From Candidatus Latescibacterota bacterium (lineage in GTDB: Bacteria > Latescibacterota > UBA2968 > GCA-2709665), in assembly GCA_965226795.1 (NCBI GenBank), contig CBDDDZ010000003.1, forward strand, positions 1-64,000: 64,000 nt of DNA, given 5' to 3'. A program made the translations under genes and the position numbers. Shown here piece by piece: positions 1 through 8,865 of this stretch (its first letter is position 1; every line of letters begins with the position of its first letter). The notes beneath the pieces are model-generated. The model saw nothing but the letters and a program-made list of their open reading frames with translations. It ran no database searches and was not told the origin of the DNA.

Positions 1-425
1 CCTTGCTGATTTGTCCCGAGCAGTCGCACGAGGAAACGCCGGCCCAGTTCCTGACAATAGCCGAATCCTCGGAAGATACAGTCTGTCTGATTGTGGACGG
101 ATATCTGTGCGCCGGCAATTTCGGATCGAAGCGGAAGGTATGCGCGTTTGAGACCGGAGTCGGGAATCCGGTACCGGTTTTTGGAAGCACGACGCGCGTT
201 ACAGGACAGCGCGTCGAGTATGCCATGCCCATCGAGGGCGGAGAGGCCGTCTACGCGAGGGAAGTGATGAAGGTCCGGACCGATGGGGATATTCGGATCG
301 AAGCGGTCCCTGCCGGCGGCGCGTATATCACCAATGAAGCGGGACGAAGCGTGGAGGCGAGTGTTCTGAAAGACGGGAGAGTACGGATCTTGCAGATCGA
401 AGCGGAACAGGTGGTGCGCATTTGA
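1..425 (+). CDS. C-terminal part of an uncharacterised protein, paralog of the 6114..8528 protein (5' end outside the window)
   Basis: LICPEQSHEET..CLIVDGYLCAGNF..GDIRIE..GAYITN aligns by eye with LLIPEQAHEDT..CLVADGFLAAANF..GDIRVD..GAIYVTN at the C-terminus of 6114..8528. Confidence 0.8.
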   Translation, partial: LLICPEQSHEETPAQFLTIAESSEDTVCLIVDGYLCAGNFGSKRKVCAFETGVGNPVPVFGSTTRVTGQRVEYAMPIEGGEAVYAREVMKVRTDGDIRIEAVPAGGAYITNEAGRSVEASVLKDGRVRILQIEAEQVVRI

Positions 426-496
426 CGTCAGGGATGGAATACCGGCAAGATGGTCGATGGTCCGTACCCACGGGTAAATGAATGGGAAATTGTAAA

Positions 497-1885
497 ATGC
501 GGCTGGCGATCTGCGGCATCCGGCATGAAACGAACACATTCTCGGCATTACGGGCTGGAATCGAGGATTTTCACGTCTTGCGCGGGAACGAGATTCTGGC
601 TGATGGACCCTGGCAGGCGTTTGACAACGTTGAATGGGCGCCGACGCTGGTTGCCAGGGCGCAGCCCCATGGGCTCGTTCTCCGGGACACGTACGAGTCG
701 ATGGCGGCCGAGTTGGTGGATCGTTTGCGTCGGGCATTGCCGGTGGACGGCGTGTACCTGGATTTGCACGGCGCAATGGAGGTGGAAGGCCTGGGCGACG
801 GGGAACGCGACCTGGTTTGTCGGGTCCGTGGGACGGTCGGTGACGAAATTCCGATTGTCGCCAGTCTGGACCTGCACGCCAATCTTGCGCCTGAGGTCCT
901 GGAAAAGACCAATGTGCTGACGGCGCTGAGGACCGCGCCCCACGTGGACCGGACCGAGACGCAAAGGCGGGCAATTGGACATCTCATCCGCTGTGTGAAA
1001 GAAAATATCCGGCCGGTGAATGCCATTGTAAGGCTGCCCATGCTGCTGCCTGGGGAACACGCGGCCACGGGGGTGGAGCCGGCGCGGTCCCTGTACACAG
1101 GACTTCAGGAGGTGGAATCGCGTCCCGACGTTATCGACGCGTCGATTATGATCGGGTGCGCATGGACGGATTCGCCTTTTACGTCCGTCGCCACGATTGT
1201 GGTCTCGGAAAATCGTACGGCAGCCGGGGAACACGCGGAACGCATGGCCGAGGAAATCTGGCGACAGCGTGAGCGATTTGCGCCGGATGCGCCGACGATG
1301 CCGGTCGAGGAAGCCGTGAGGAGTGCCGTCCGAGAGACCCGGCACCCCGTGTTTGTTTCCGACTCGGGAGATAACGTCACGGCCGGGGCGGCTGGTGACA
1401 TTCCCCTGGTATTGAAAACATTGATTGAAGCAGGCGCCAGAGATGCGGTAGTCGCCGGAATTGCCGATCACGAGGCCGTGGCGCGATGTCTTGAAGCAGG
1501 TATCGGCGCTGAGTTGGCACTGGCCGTGGGTGGCAAACTCGACAGGGTCAACGGATTTCCTCTGGAGGTAACCGGCCGGGTGGTCTCGATGAATCCGCCG
1601 CGGATTGTCGTGTTCCAGGTGGGAGGCGTAAGGGTGGTTCTAACGGCCGACCGCATGCCGTTTTTGGATCTCCGGGCCTTTGAAATGGCGAACGTGAATC
1701 CCTCGGAACACGAGATCGTGGTTGTGAAACATGGATATCTCGCGCCGGAACTGCGGGATATAGCCGGGACGGCGCTGATGGCGATCAGCCCGGGGTGTAC
1801 GGCCCTGGCGCTGGAGACGTTGCCCTATGAACGGATCCGGCGGCCTGTGTTTCCACTGGACGAGGACGTCGTATTCCGGACGTGA
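497..1885 (+). CDS. M81 family metallopeptidase (MlrC-like)
   Basis: N-terminal HETNTFS, plus LDLHGAM, SLDLHAN, RTAPHVD and DSGDN motifs; start set at MRLAIC. Confidence 0.9.
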   Translation: MRLAICGIRHETNTFSALRAGIEDFHVLRGNEILADGPWQAFDNVEWAPTLVARAQPHGLVLRDTYESMAAELVDRLRRALPVDGVYLDLHGAMEVEGLGDGERDLVCRVRGTVGDEIPIVASLDLHANLAPEVLEKTNVLTALRTAPHVDRTETQRRAIGHLIRCVKENIRPVNAIVRLPMLLPGEHAATGVEPARSLYTGLQEVESRPDVIDASIMIGCAWTDSPFTSVATIVVSENRTAAGEHAERMAEEIWRQRERFAPDAPTMPVEEAVRSAVRETRHPVFVSDSGDNVTAGAAGDIPLVLKTLIEAGARDAVVAGIADHEAVARCLEAGIGAELALAVGGKLDRVNGFPLEVTGRVVSMNPPRIVVFQVGGVRVVLTADRMPFLDLRAFEMANVNPSEHEIVVVKHGYLAPELRDIAGTALMAISPGCTALALETLPYERIRRPVFPLDEDVVFRT

Positions 1886-4602
1886 TGGAGCGGACGATCA
1901 TGTTGATTTGTATGGTGGTAACCCTGTTTCTTCTGCTGTTTCTGATGCCGGACCGGCTTAACGCGGAACCGGTGTTTCGGCCTCAGGTCGACCAGGGTCA
2001 CGTTGCGGGCCTTGAGGAAAACCTGGCGTCCGTAATAGCGCTGTCCGAAGAAGAACTGGTACGACTGATTCCGAACCGGTCCGGTTTTCGGTTTGTGGAC
2101 TGTCCGAATTGCGAGGGAGGAGCGGAGGAGAATCAACTGTCGTGGTCGATCGAGGAACCCCACCGGGTTTTCTGCCAGTTCTGCAACATGCGGTTTCCAA
2201 ACGAGATATACCCGGAAAACGGGGTACTTCGGGTGGCCAATCCGCGTGGCGAGGTCCAGGAGTATCCGTACTGGGAGGCGCCGTTCCCGCCGCCGGCGCA
2301 GTTGCCGGGACCGCTTTCTCATATCGAGCCCGACAAGAAGTACCGGCACTATTTCCGGGCAAAGGGATGGTACGTCGCCCGGATGTATTTTTCGGACGCG
2401 GCTTATCAACTCGGGAAGCTCTATTATCTCACGGGAAGACCGACATTCGCCCGCAGAGCGGCGCTGATTCTGGATCGCTTTGCTCAGGTTTATCCGGGGT
2501 ATTGCGCCCGGTTCGACGCGCCCTTCCGGACCAAGGTGGTATTCGAGGGAGACCACACGTTTCCCTATCCGGTGTCTCCGTATCTGGCGGCAAAGTGGGA
2601 TTACTGGGCGTATGGGGATATACCGTCGAACTTGATCCTCGCCTACGACCTGATTCGGGAAAGTGGCCAGATAGACGACGAGATGCAACGGCGGATTGAG
2701 GATGATCTGATTCGCGGTAGTGTCGGGTTCGTACGGTCGTATCCGATTACACTCAGCAATATGGACCCGGCGATCCTTCGGGGACTGATTTCGGCGGGGC
2801 GGGTCCTTGCCGAGCCGGCGTACGTGCACGAATCGGTACAATGGATTGGCGATCTGATCCGGAAGCAGTTTTTCGTGGATGGAATGTGGCGGGAAGGGGC
2901 CGTCTCCTATCATAATCAGACGGTGGAAGGCCTGGTGTCCGTCATGGACCTGTTGAAGGGATACAGTGATCCAAAGGGTTACTCAAATCCTGAAAGCGGC
3001 GCGCGTTACGACAACCTGGATCTCCTGGACAGCTTCCCGTTTTTTGAAAGGGCCAGACGGATTCCGGATCTCTTGCGATATCCGAACGGGCGCCTTGTCG
3101 CGGTGCACGATACGTGGGCCTGGCAGGAAAGGGCGCCAACGACGGAGACCGCTCCACATCTGCTGGCCGGCGTCGGACATGCCTGGCTGGGGCGGGGCAA
3201 CGGCGCGTATCAGATGCAGGCGCACCTGCATTTTTCGGGCGCTTACGGACACGCCCATGCCGATTTGTTGAGCATTTCCCTGTTTTCACACGGGCAGGAG
3301 CGTCTGTCAGATATCGGCTATACCTGGACCCACCAGCGGCAGTGGGCGTCGAGTACGCTATCGCACAGCACCGTGGTCGTGAATGGCGAGGATCAGGCGC
3401 GGGGCAATGAAAACGACCCTTCCGATGGCAACTTGCTGCTGTTTGTGCCGGGAAACAGTTGGTTTCAGGCGGTGGCTGCACAGGGCGATCGGGCGTATCC
3501 CGGGGTCGTAAGGGATTACAGACGACTGCTGGTGATGATCGGCGTCTCGGCGCAGGATGCGTACGTGGTGGATGTGTTTCGTGTTGACGGGGGAGCGCGG
3601 CACGACTACGTGCTGGTGGGAGATGCGAATAACGATGGGTCTATCGAGACGGATCTGGATCGGTCGACCTATGGTGAGACACTGCTGCCGCCCGACGTGG
3701 AGGTCGTGTTTCCCAGCGGCGAGACCGTGCCGGGTTACGCGGAGGGACACAATTTCGTCTACGGTTACGTGCGGGACGTGAGCCGGGCTGAAGTCTCCGC
3801 GCCGTGGAACGTGGTCTTCACCAGCGAGGGCGAGCCGAAGGGTCGTATCCGTACCCACGGGGTCTCAGAGCCGGATGGGGAACTGCTCTTCGGGAGCATG
3901 CCGTCCGTTCGGCGTGCGGAAGAGAGCGAAGGCAGACTTGATGATTGCACCATGCCGGCATTGATCCATCGGCGGGAGGGGAAGGATCTCTCCAGTGTAT
4001 TCGTGAATGTGCTGGAACCGTATGGCGAAGCGCCTTTTATCCGCTCGGTGACGCGGCTGGGCAAAGATTCCGACGGCCTGGCGCTGAAAATTACAGGAGA
4101 GGATTATACGGACTATCTGTTCTGTAACCCGGACGGTAAACGGATGGTTGTGGGAGACATGGCGCTGGATGGCCGGATCGGGTTTGTGCGTGAGCGCGAC
4201 GGTGCCGTGGAGAGGATGACCCTGGTGGGCGGGAGGCTGCTGCAAAAGGGAAACGTACACCTGTCGGGAGCGGGTATCATCAGGGGTACTGTCCTTGGCG
4301 TGTTGCGGAAGGAAAGTGGCGCCGATATGGACGGTCTGGTGGTGGACGGCAGCGTTCCCGAAGGCGATAGAATGAAGGGATTGACGGTTGTGGTTAAAGA
4401 CGGTGCAGGGTTTACGCTGGGGCTCCGGTTGTCGGATGTCGTAAGACGGGACGGACGGACGGTGCTGGTGCTGGCGGACGATCCTGGATTCGAAATGGAT
4501 CCGGATGGGACGAGCCGGCAAGTTTATTTCCCCCGGCGGTCCTGGGACGGAGAGAATCGATTTGAGATTATGGATGTGAGACACAGAATCGGATCGAAGT
4601 GA
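1882..4602 (+). CDS. Secreted heparinase II/III-like protein (polysaccharide lyase-like)
   Basis: Signal-peptide-like N-terminus; DGMWREGAVSYH, GHAHADLLSI, LSDIGY and HSTVVVNG motifs typical of Hepar_II_III; CPNC..CQFC near the N-terminus. Confidence 0.8.
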   Translation: MMERTIMLICMVVTLFLLLFLMPDRLNAEPVFRPQVDQGHVAGLEENLASVIALSEEELVRLIPNRSGFRFVDCPNCEGGAEENQLSWSIEEPHRVFCQFCNMRFPNEIYPENGVLRVANPRGEVQEYPYWEAPFPPPAQLPGPLSHIEPDKKYRHYFRAKGWYVARMYFSDAAYQLGKLYYLTGRPTFARRAALILDRFAQVYPGYCARFDAPFRTKVVFEGDHTFPYPVSPYLAAKWDYWAYGDIPSNLILAYDLIRESGQIDDEMQRRIEDDLIRGSVGFVRSYPITLSNMDPAILRGLISAGRVLAEPAYVHESVQWIGDLIRKQFFVDGMWREGAVSYHNQTVEGLVSVMDLLKGYSDPKGYSNPESGARYDNLDLLDSFPFFERARRIPDLLRYPNGRLVAVHDTWAWQERAPTTETAPHLLAGVGHAWLGRGNGAYQMQAHLHFSGAYGHAHADLLSISLFSHGQERLSDIGYTWTHQRQWASSTLSHSTVVVNGEDQARGNENDPSDGNLLLFVPGNSWFQAVAAQGDRAYPGVVRDYRRLLVMIGVSAQDAYVVDVFRVDGGARHDYVLVGDANNDGSIETDLDRSTYGETLLPPDVEVVFPSGETVPGYAEGHNFVYGYVRDVSRAEVSAPWNVVFTSEGEPKGRIRTHGVSEPDGELLFGSMPSVRRAEESEGRLDDCTMPALIHRREGKDLSSVFVNVLEPYGEAPFIRSVTRLGKDSDGLALKITGEDYTDYLFCNPDGKRMVVGDMALDGRIGFVRERDGAVERMTLVGGRLLQKGNVHLSGAGIIRGTVLGVLRKESGADMDGLVVDGSVPEGDRMKGLTVVVKDGAGFTLGLRLSDVVRRDGRTVLVLADDPGFEMDPDGTSRQVYFPRRSWDGENRFEIMDVRHRIGSK

Positions 4603-4749
4603 AAAAAAAATCGACCTGAACCGAACCTGGATTCGTCAAGGGTTGTCGAATGGACTTCGACCCGGGCAGGACGTTTTTTCAGTTAGAAACGCGACGGTGG
4701 ACGAATTCATCTCAGGGAGTTCCTACCGGAGGTTTTAAAGGTCTTTGTA

Positions 4750-6024
4750 ATGGGCGCATTCGAAATAGACGTGACTCGGAACATCCATATTTCCGCACCC
4801 ACGGGTGCCGCAGTGTACGCGACGCCGACGTACGCGCGGGCATTCGGTGTGAAAATGATCGAGGACGTGCAGTATGCGGCAATGCACGTCAAACCCGATG
4901 GGGCGCCGCATTATTATGCAAAGCGGATTTACAGGAGACGTTCCCCGGATAACGGACAGACGTGGACCGACGCCGAGGAACTGCATCGGGCCGATCCTGA
5001 TGACGTTTCGGAGGTACAGCGTCACGACCTGGCGACAATTCTGAATCCGGCTGATGATATCCTGATTTATCTGTATATGACTCACGAAGTGGACCTCAAC
5101 GAGGGTCCGTTTACGAGGGGAAACCGGATCCAGCGGACACAGCGGACCTATTACCGGTTGTCGCACGATGGCGGTTGCACGTGGACGGGCGCACGGCAGG
5201 TAATAGACGGACGGGAGCCGTATGACGAAACGAACTGGGCGCCCGGTGTGGTATACGGAGTGCAGGGGGCCCGCTCGAGCGGACAGTGGGTGTTTTTGCC
5301 GGATGGGACTCCGGTCATCGGGTTCGACGTCATGCAACCCGAGCAACCACCCGGTTTTCCGCCGGGGATATCGAGTTACTACATCAACACAATCTACGCA
5401 CAGGCCCGTCTGGCCGCGGACAGACAGACGCTCAACTGGCGGTTCGGGGACACGATTGAGGTGGTGTACCCCAAATCGATGGTCGGATGTTGCGAAGCGG
5501 CGCTGGCCTGGTTGGGCGGCGAACGGCTGTTCAATACGATGCGGTGCCAGGGAAACGCGGCGCACGGCATTCATTCCATTCGATATACGACGATTTCTGA
5601 AGATGGAGGGATGAACTGGACGGATCCCGCACCGCTGGTCTATGAGGACGGCGGAACGGTCTGGACGCCGGCGTCACCCCATCGGTTCTTCCTGTCGTCG
5701 AAGACCGGAAGAACATACGTTCTGGCCAATATCCTCCCGGGTCCGGTTCACGGGCAGACCCCGAGGTATCCGTTGTCGATCGCCGAATTTGATACGGATC
5801 GCCTGTGCGTGTTGAGGGATACGGTACAGGTAATTCAAGATCTGCCCGAAGGCGCGCCAGAGTCCAGGCGATACACGAATTTCTCAATGTATGAAGAGCG
5901 GGGTTCCGGCGACCTGATCTTGCAGATGCCGGAGCAACCGAAAGACGTGGAATTTGAAGCGATGACCAAACCCGAGGATTTTACGGCGGACTGTATTCGG
6001 TTTCGCATTGAAATCAGCGGATAA
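4750..6024 (+). CDS. Sialidase/BNR (Asp-box) repeat protein
   Basis: Three Asp-boxes: SPDNGQTW, SHDGGCTW, SEDGGMNW; PRYPL motif. Confidence 0.8.
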   Translation: MGAFEIDVTRNIHISAPTGAAVYATPTYARAFGVKMIEDVQYAAMHVKPDGAPHYYAKRIYRRRSPDNGQTWTDAEELHRADPDDVSEVQRHDLATILNPADDILIYLYMTHEVDLNEGPFTRGNRIQRTQRTYYRLSHDGGCTWTGARQVIDGREPYDETNWAPGVVYGVQGARSSGQWVFLPDGTPVIGFDVMQPEQPPGFPPGISSYYINTIYAQARLAADRQTLNWRFGDTIEVVYPKSMVGCCEAALAWLGGERLFNTMRCQGNAAHGIHSIRYTTISEDGGMNWTDPAPLVYEDGGTVWTPASPHRFFLSSKTGRTYVLANILPGPVHGQTPRYPLSIAEFDTDRLCVLRDTVQVIQDLPEGAPESRRYTNFSMYEERGSGDLILQMPEQPKDVEFEAMTKPEDFTADCIRFRIEISG

Positions 6025-6113
6025 CGCAGACCCTTGGGAGCAACCCCGAGGTGTCGACCGCCCACCAACGTGCGGCGCACCGCGGGTTCCGTGCAGTGAC
6101 GGGGGAATACACA

Positions 6114-8528
6114 ATGACGCGGATGGCAGACACAACGGAATTGAAGGCGCCGTTCTTGCCGGCGGAGGAGAATGAATTGAGCCGCCGGTACCTGAGGATG
6201 ATCGAAAAGTGGATTCCGGTGGGCATCGAGTATTTCCGGGAATGGCCGGACCGGCCGAACTGCGGGCATTTTTTCGGCGGGTGTCACTGGTATGGAAACG
6301 AGACGGCGCCGCCCGTGGAGACATTCGCCCTGGCCAGCGTCTCGCCGGAGTACGATGAGAAAGGGGTTGGCGTATCCCGGGACGACCTTCAGCGCATGGC
6401 AATTATGGGATTGCGCTATCTTTGTTTCACACACGACTCCGGGCCGGCGGATTGCGTGCGGCCCAGCGTGGGAATGGGCCGGCCGGAGATCTGCGGAACC
6501 AAGTGGGGGGAACGAGGATTGGGGTTCTTCAAGGAAAGCCAGTGCGGCCATGGGATCTCGGCCCTGGGGCGCGTCTGCCTGTTGCTGCGGGACCGGGTGG
6601 ACGATGAAACCTGGATGATGATGGCTCGTGTCCACGCGGACTATGCCGGCAGGTTCGGGGATATGGCGCCGAAGAGCGGGATCTACGTCGACACGCAGAT
6701 GGAAGAGAATGCCTGGACGTCCAACGGATTGACGTCGTGCTTCCTGTTTCTGGAACGCCACGAAAGTGCGGCTCAGTGGGAGGCCACCTGCAGACGATGG
6801 ATGTATTCCACCTGCGCGGCGCCCCAGGATGCGAAGGACCGCGGCGAGTTGAACGGCGCCACGGCGGGGGCGCTTGCAGGAAAGACGTTTACGGCGCTGC
6901 CGGATTACTGGGCGGAAAACCACGGGATGGTGCATCCGAACTACACCGCGTCGGGCGTTCGGCCGCTCACTTCGGCGGGAGCACAATTGAAGCTGTGGGG
7001 ACGGGAACTGCCGCCGGAGGTGTTCTGGAACCGCCGCAGGGTGTATGAGAACCTTAAGGCGATGACCGACGGGTCCGGATATGCCCAGGCCGTGCAGGGG
7101 ATGGACTGGCACTATCTGCCGTCCACGGGAAGCGAGACCCCGCATTCCGCGGCGGCTGTGTTTTTTGACGACCCGGACGCCGCCGCGCTGCTGCGCAGAG
7201 GACTCCGGAACGCGGAACTGCGGCAGGATGGAAACGGGGGTCGGATGTACGACAGGGAATTCTCCATGAGGGCGCACGACCAGCAGGATCCGATGATCAT
7301 GCGGGAAGTCACCATCGGCGCCATCGCGCACCAGTATCTTTTTCACCGCTTGTTCGGTCCTGGCGCGAAACCCACCCCGGAAGATGAACTGGAACGGCGA
7401 TTGGCAGGCGTGCGGGAATACCCGCACGCGGGTTTCGTCCATCACCGGCATCCCAAAGGGCAGACTTCCTTTTCCTGGCGGAATTCCGTGATGGCGATGC
7501 CGCTCACGAGAGAGGGAATCTATACGATCGCGCCCTGTTCGGATAGCTGGCTGGGCAGGCCGGTGGTGAAGGGACGGCCGGACAGCCATCGACTGAAGCG
7601 GGTGCGGGTGACCGACTATGACGACGGATTCGCCGCCGCGATGGTCATGGACCGGTGCCAGGAGTCACTGCGGCAGCAGGTGTTGTTCGCCAGTCTGCCG
7701 GATGGACGCGCGCTTTCATTCGAACGGTTCACCGCCATGGAAGATCTGACGGTGGAATCGCTCGACCAGGGGTTCCTGCGGATCACCAATGAACATTTTC
7801 CGTTGCTCCAGCCGAACTGCAGGGGCGTCCGCGCACTGTATCGCCCCGACGGGTCAACCGACTACAGAGGCTGGCTCGGCGATCGCGAGGAGGACGATAT
7901 CCAGGATCGCCTCGGCAAGCCCGAATGGTTGAATATTGACGACCGGCTGGGCATTGTATTTTCGGGAACGGGCGACGCGACTTATCTCAATCGGCACTAT
8001 TACAAACCGTATCGCGCCATCGCGGATGATCTCACACTTTCTCGCCTGGATCAAGAAAGGGCGCTGCGGGCGGGTGAGGAAGGCGGATCCCTGGCGGCGT
8101 TGCTGATTCCCGAGCAGGCCCACGAAGACACGGCTTCAAGTCGCCTCGACGTCCTGACCGGGCCGGACCAGAGCGCCTGCCTGGTTGCGGACGGCTTTCT
8201 CGCGGCGGCCAATTTCGACACGGAACGCAGGGTGTGTGGGTTTACCCAGGCCCGGCGGGAGGAAGTCCACGTTTATGCCGGCACTTCAGTGGACGTGAGC
8301 GAAGATTCAGTTCGGTATGGCGTCCCGCTCAACAGCGAGAGCGCCTGTTTGCTGGCCAAGACACATTCGCTGCGTGTGAATGGAGATATACGGGTGGATA
8401 CGGCGCCGGATGGCGCGATCTATGTGACAAACACCGATACGGATCATCTGGTCGTCGAGATTGCAGACGGGGAAGATGCGGGAGAGGAGCGGGCGATCGG
8501 CGCCGGGCAGACCATACGTATCGTATAG
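6114..8528 (+). CDS. Uncharacterised large protein, possibly carbohydrate-active (lyase-like fold is an inference)
   Basis: About 800-aa ORF with GC-biased codons, GGGGGA upstream of ATG 6114; DTQMEENAW and ENHGMVHPNY motifs; paralog at the window start. Confidence 0.75.
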   Translation: MTRMADTTELKAPFLPAEENELSRRYLRMIEKWIPVGIEYFREWPDRPNCGHFFGGCHWYGNETAPPVETFALASVSPEYDEKGVGVSRDDLQRMAIMGLRYLCFTHDSGPADCVRPSVGMGRPEICGTKWGERGLGFFKESQCGHGISALGRVCLLLRDRVDDETWMMMARVHADYAGRFGDMAPKSGIYVDTQMEENAWTSNGLTSCFLFLERHESAAQWEATCRRWMYSTCAAPQDAKDRGELNGATAGALAGKTFTALPDYWAENHGMVHPNYTASGVRPLTSAGAQLKLWGRELPPEVFWNRRRVYENLKAMTDGSGYAQAVQGMDWHYLPSTGSETPHSAAAVFFDDPDAAALLRRGLRNAELRQDGNGGRMYDREFSMRAHDQQDPMIMREVTIGAIAHQYLFHRLFGPGAKPTPEDELERRLAGVREYPHAGFVHHRHPKGQTSFSWRNSVMAMPLTREGIYTIAPCSDSWLGRPVVKGRPDSHRLKRVRVTDYDDGFAAAMVMDRCQESLRQQVLFASLPDGRALSFERFTAMEDLTVESLDQGFLRITNEHFPLLQPNCRGVRALYRPDGSTDYRGWLGDREEDDIQDRLGKPEWLNIDDRLGIVFSGTGDATYLNRHYYKPYRAIADDLTLSRLDQERALRAGEEGGSLAALLIPEQAHEDTASSRLDVLTGPDQSACLVADGFLAAANFDTERRVCGFTQARREEVHVYAGTSVDVSEDSVRYGVPLNSESACLLAKTHSLRVNGDIRVDTAPDGAIYVTNTDTDHLVVEIADGEDAGEERAIGAGQTIRIV

Positions 8529-8562
8529 GGAACGACCGGAAACGTTCGTTGCCCTTAGAAAG

Positions 8563-8818
8563 TCCTTCGCCGACCCTTCGACCCTTCGACACCCTTCGAC
8601 AGGCTCAGGGCGAGCGCTCAGGGAGCGGCTCACGGGACGGTATAGGTGCCACAGTTCAGGATGCGGGCTCAATGACGTTCGTTACACTTGTCGAAACGAG
8701 CGGTCGAAATGTGGACGCTGCCTGTGCTGAGTTTGTCGAAGCAAGCTTGTCGAAGCGCGTTCATTGAGCTTGTCGAAATGCGCGTTTCGCTACCCGTTCG
8801 GTGCCCTTCGACAGGCCC
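8563..8818. repeat. REP-like cluster of TTCGAC(A) / (T)GTCGAA palindromic units
   Basis: Multiple CCCTTCGAC and GYTTGTCGAA copies, including CCCTTCGACAGGCTCAGGGCGAGCG; 32 bp (8766-8797) identical to 12408-12439. Confidence 0.8.
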
Positions 8819-8865
8819 AATTTCGGCAATCTATTTCCGGGACAGAACACCAAGGAGGCATTTCC

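Noticed and set aside
8563..8818. CRISPR array from repeated GTCGAA units (also 12338-12440)
   Set aside because: Units are about 10 bp, degenerate, in both orientations and irregularly spaced; no cas genes.
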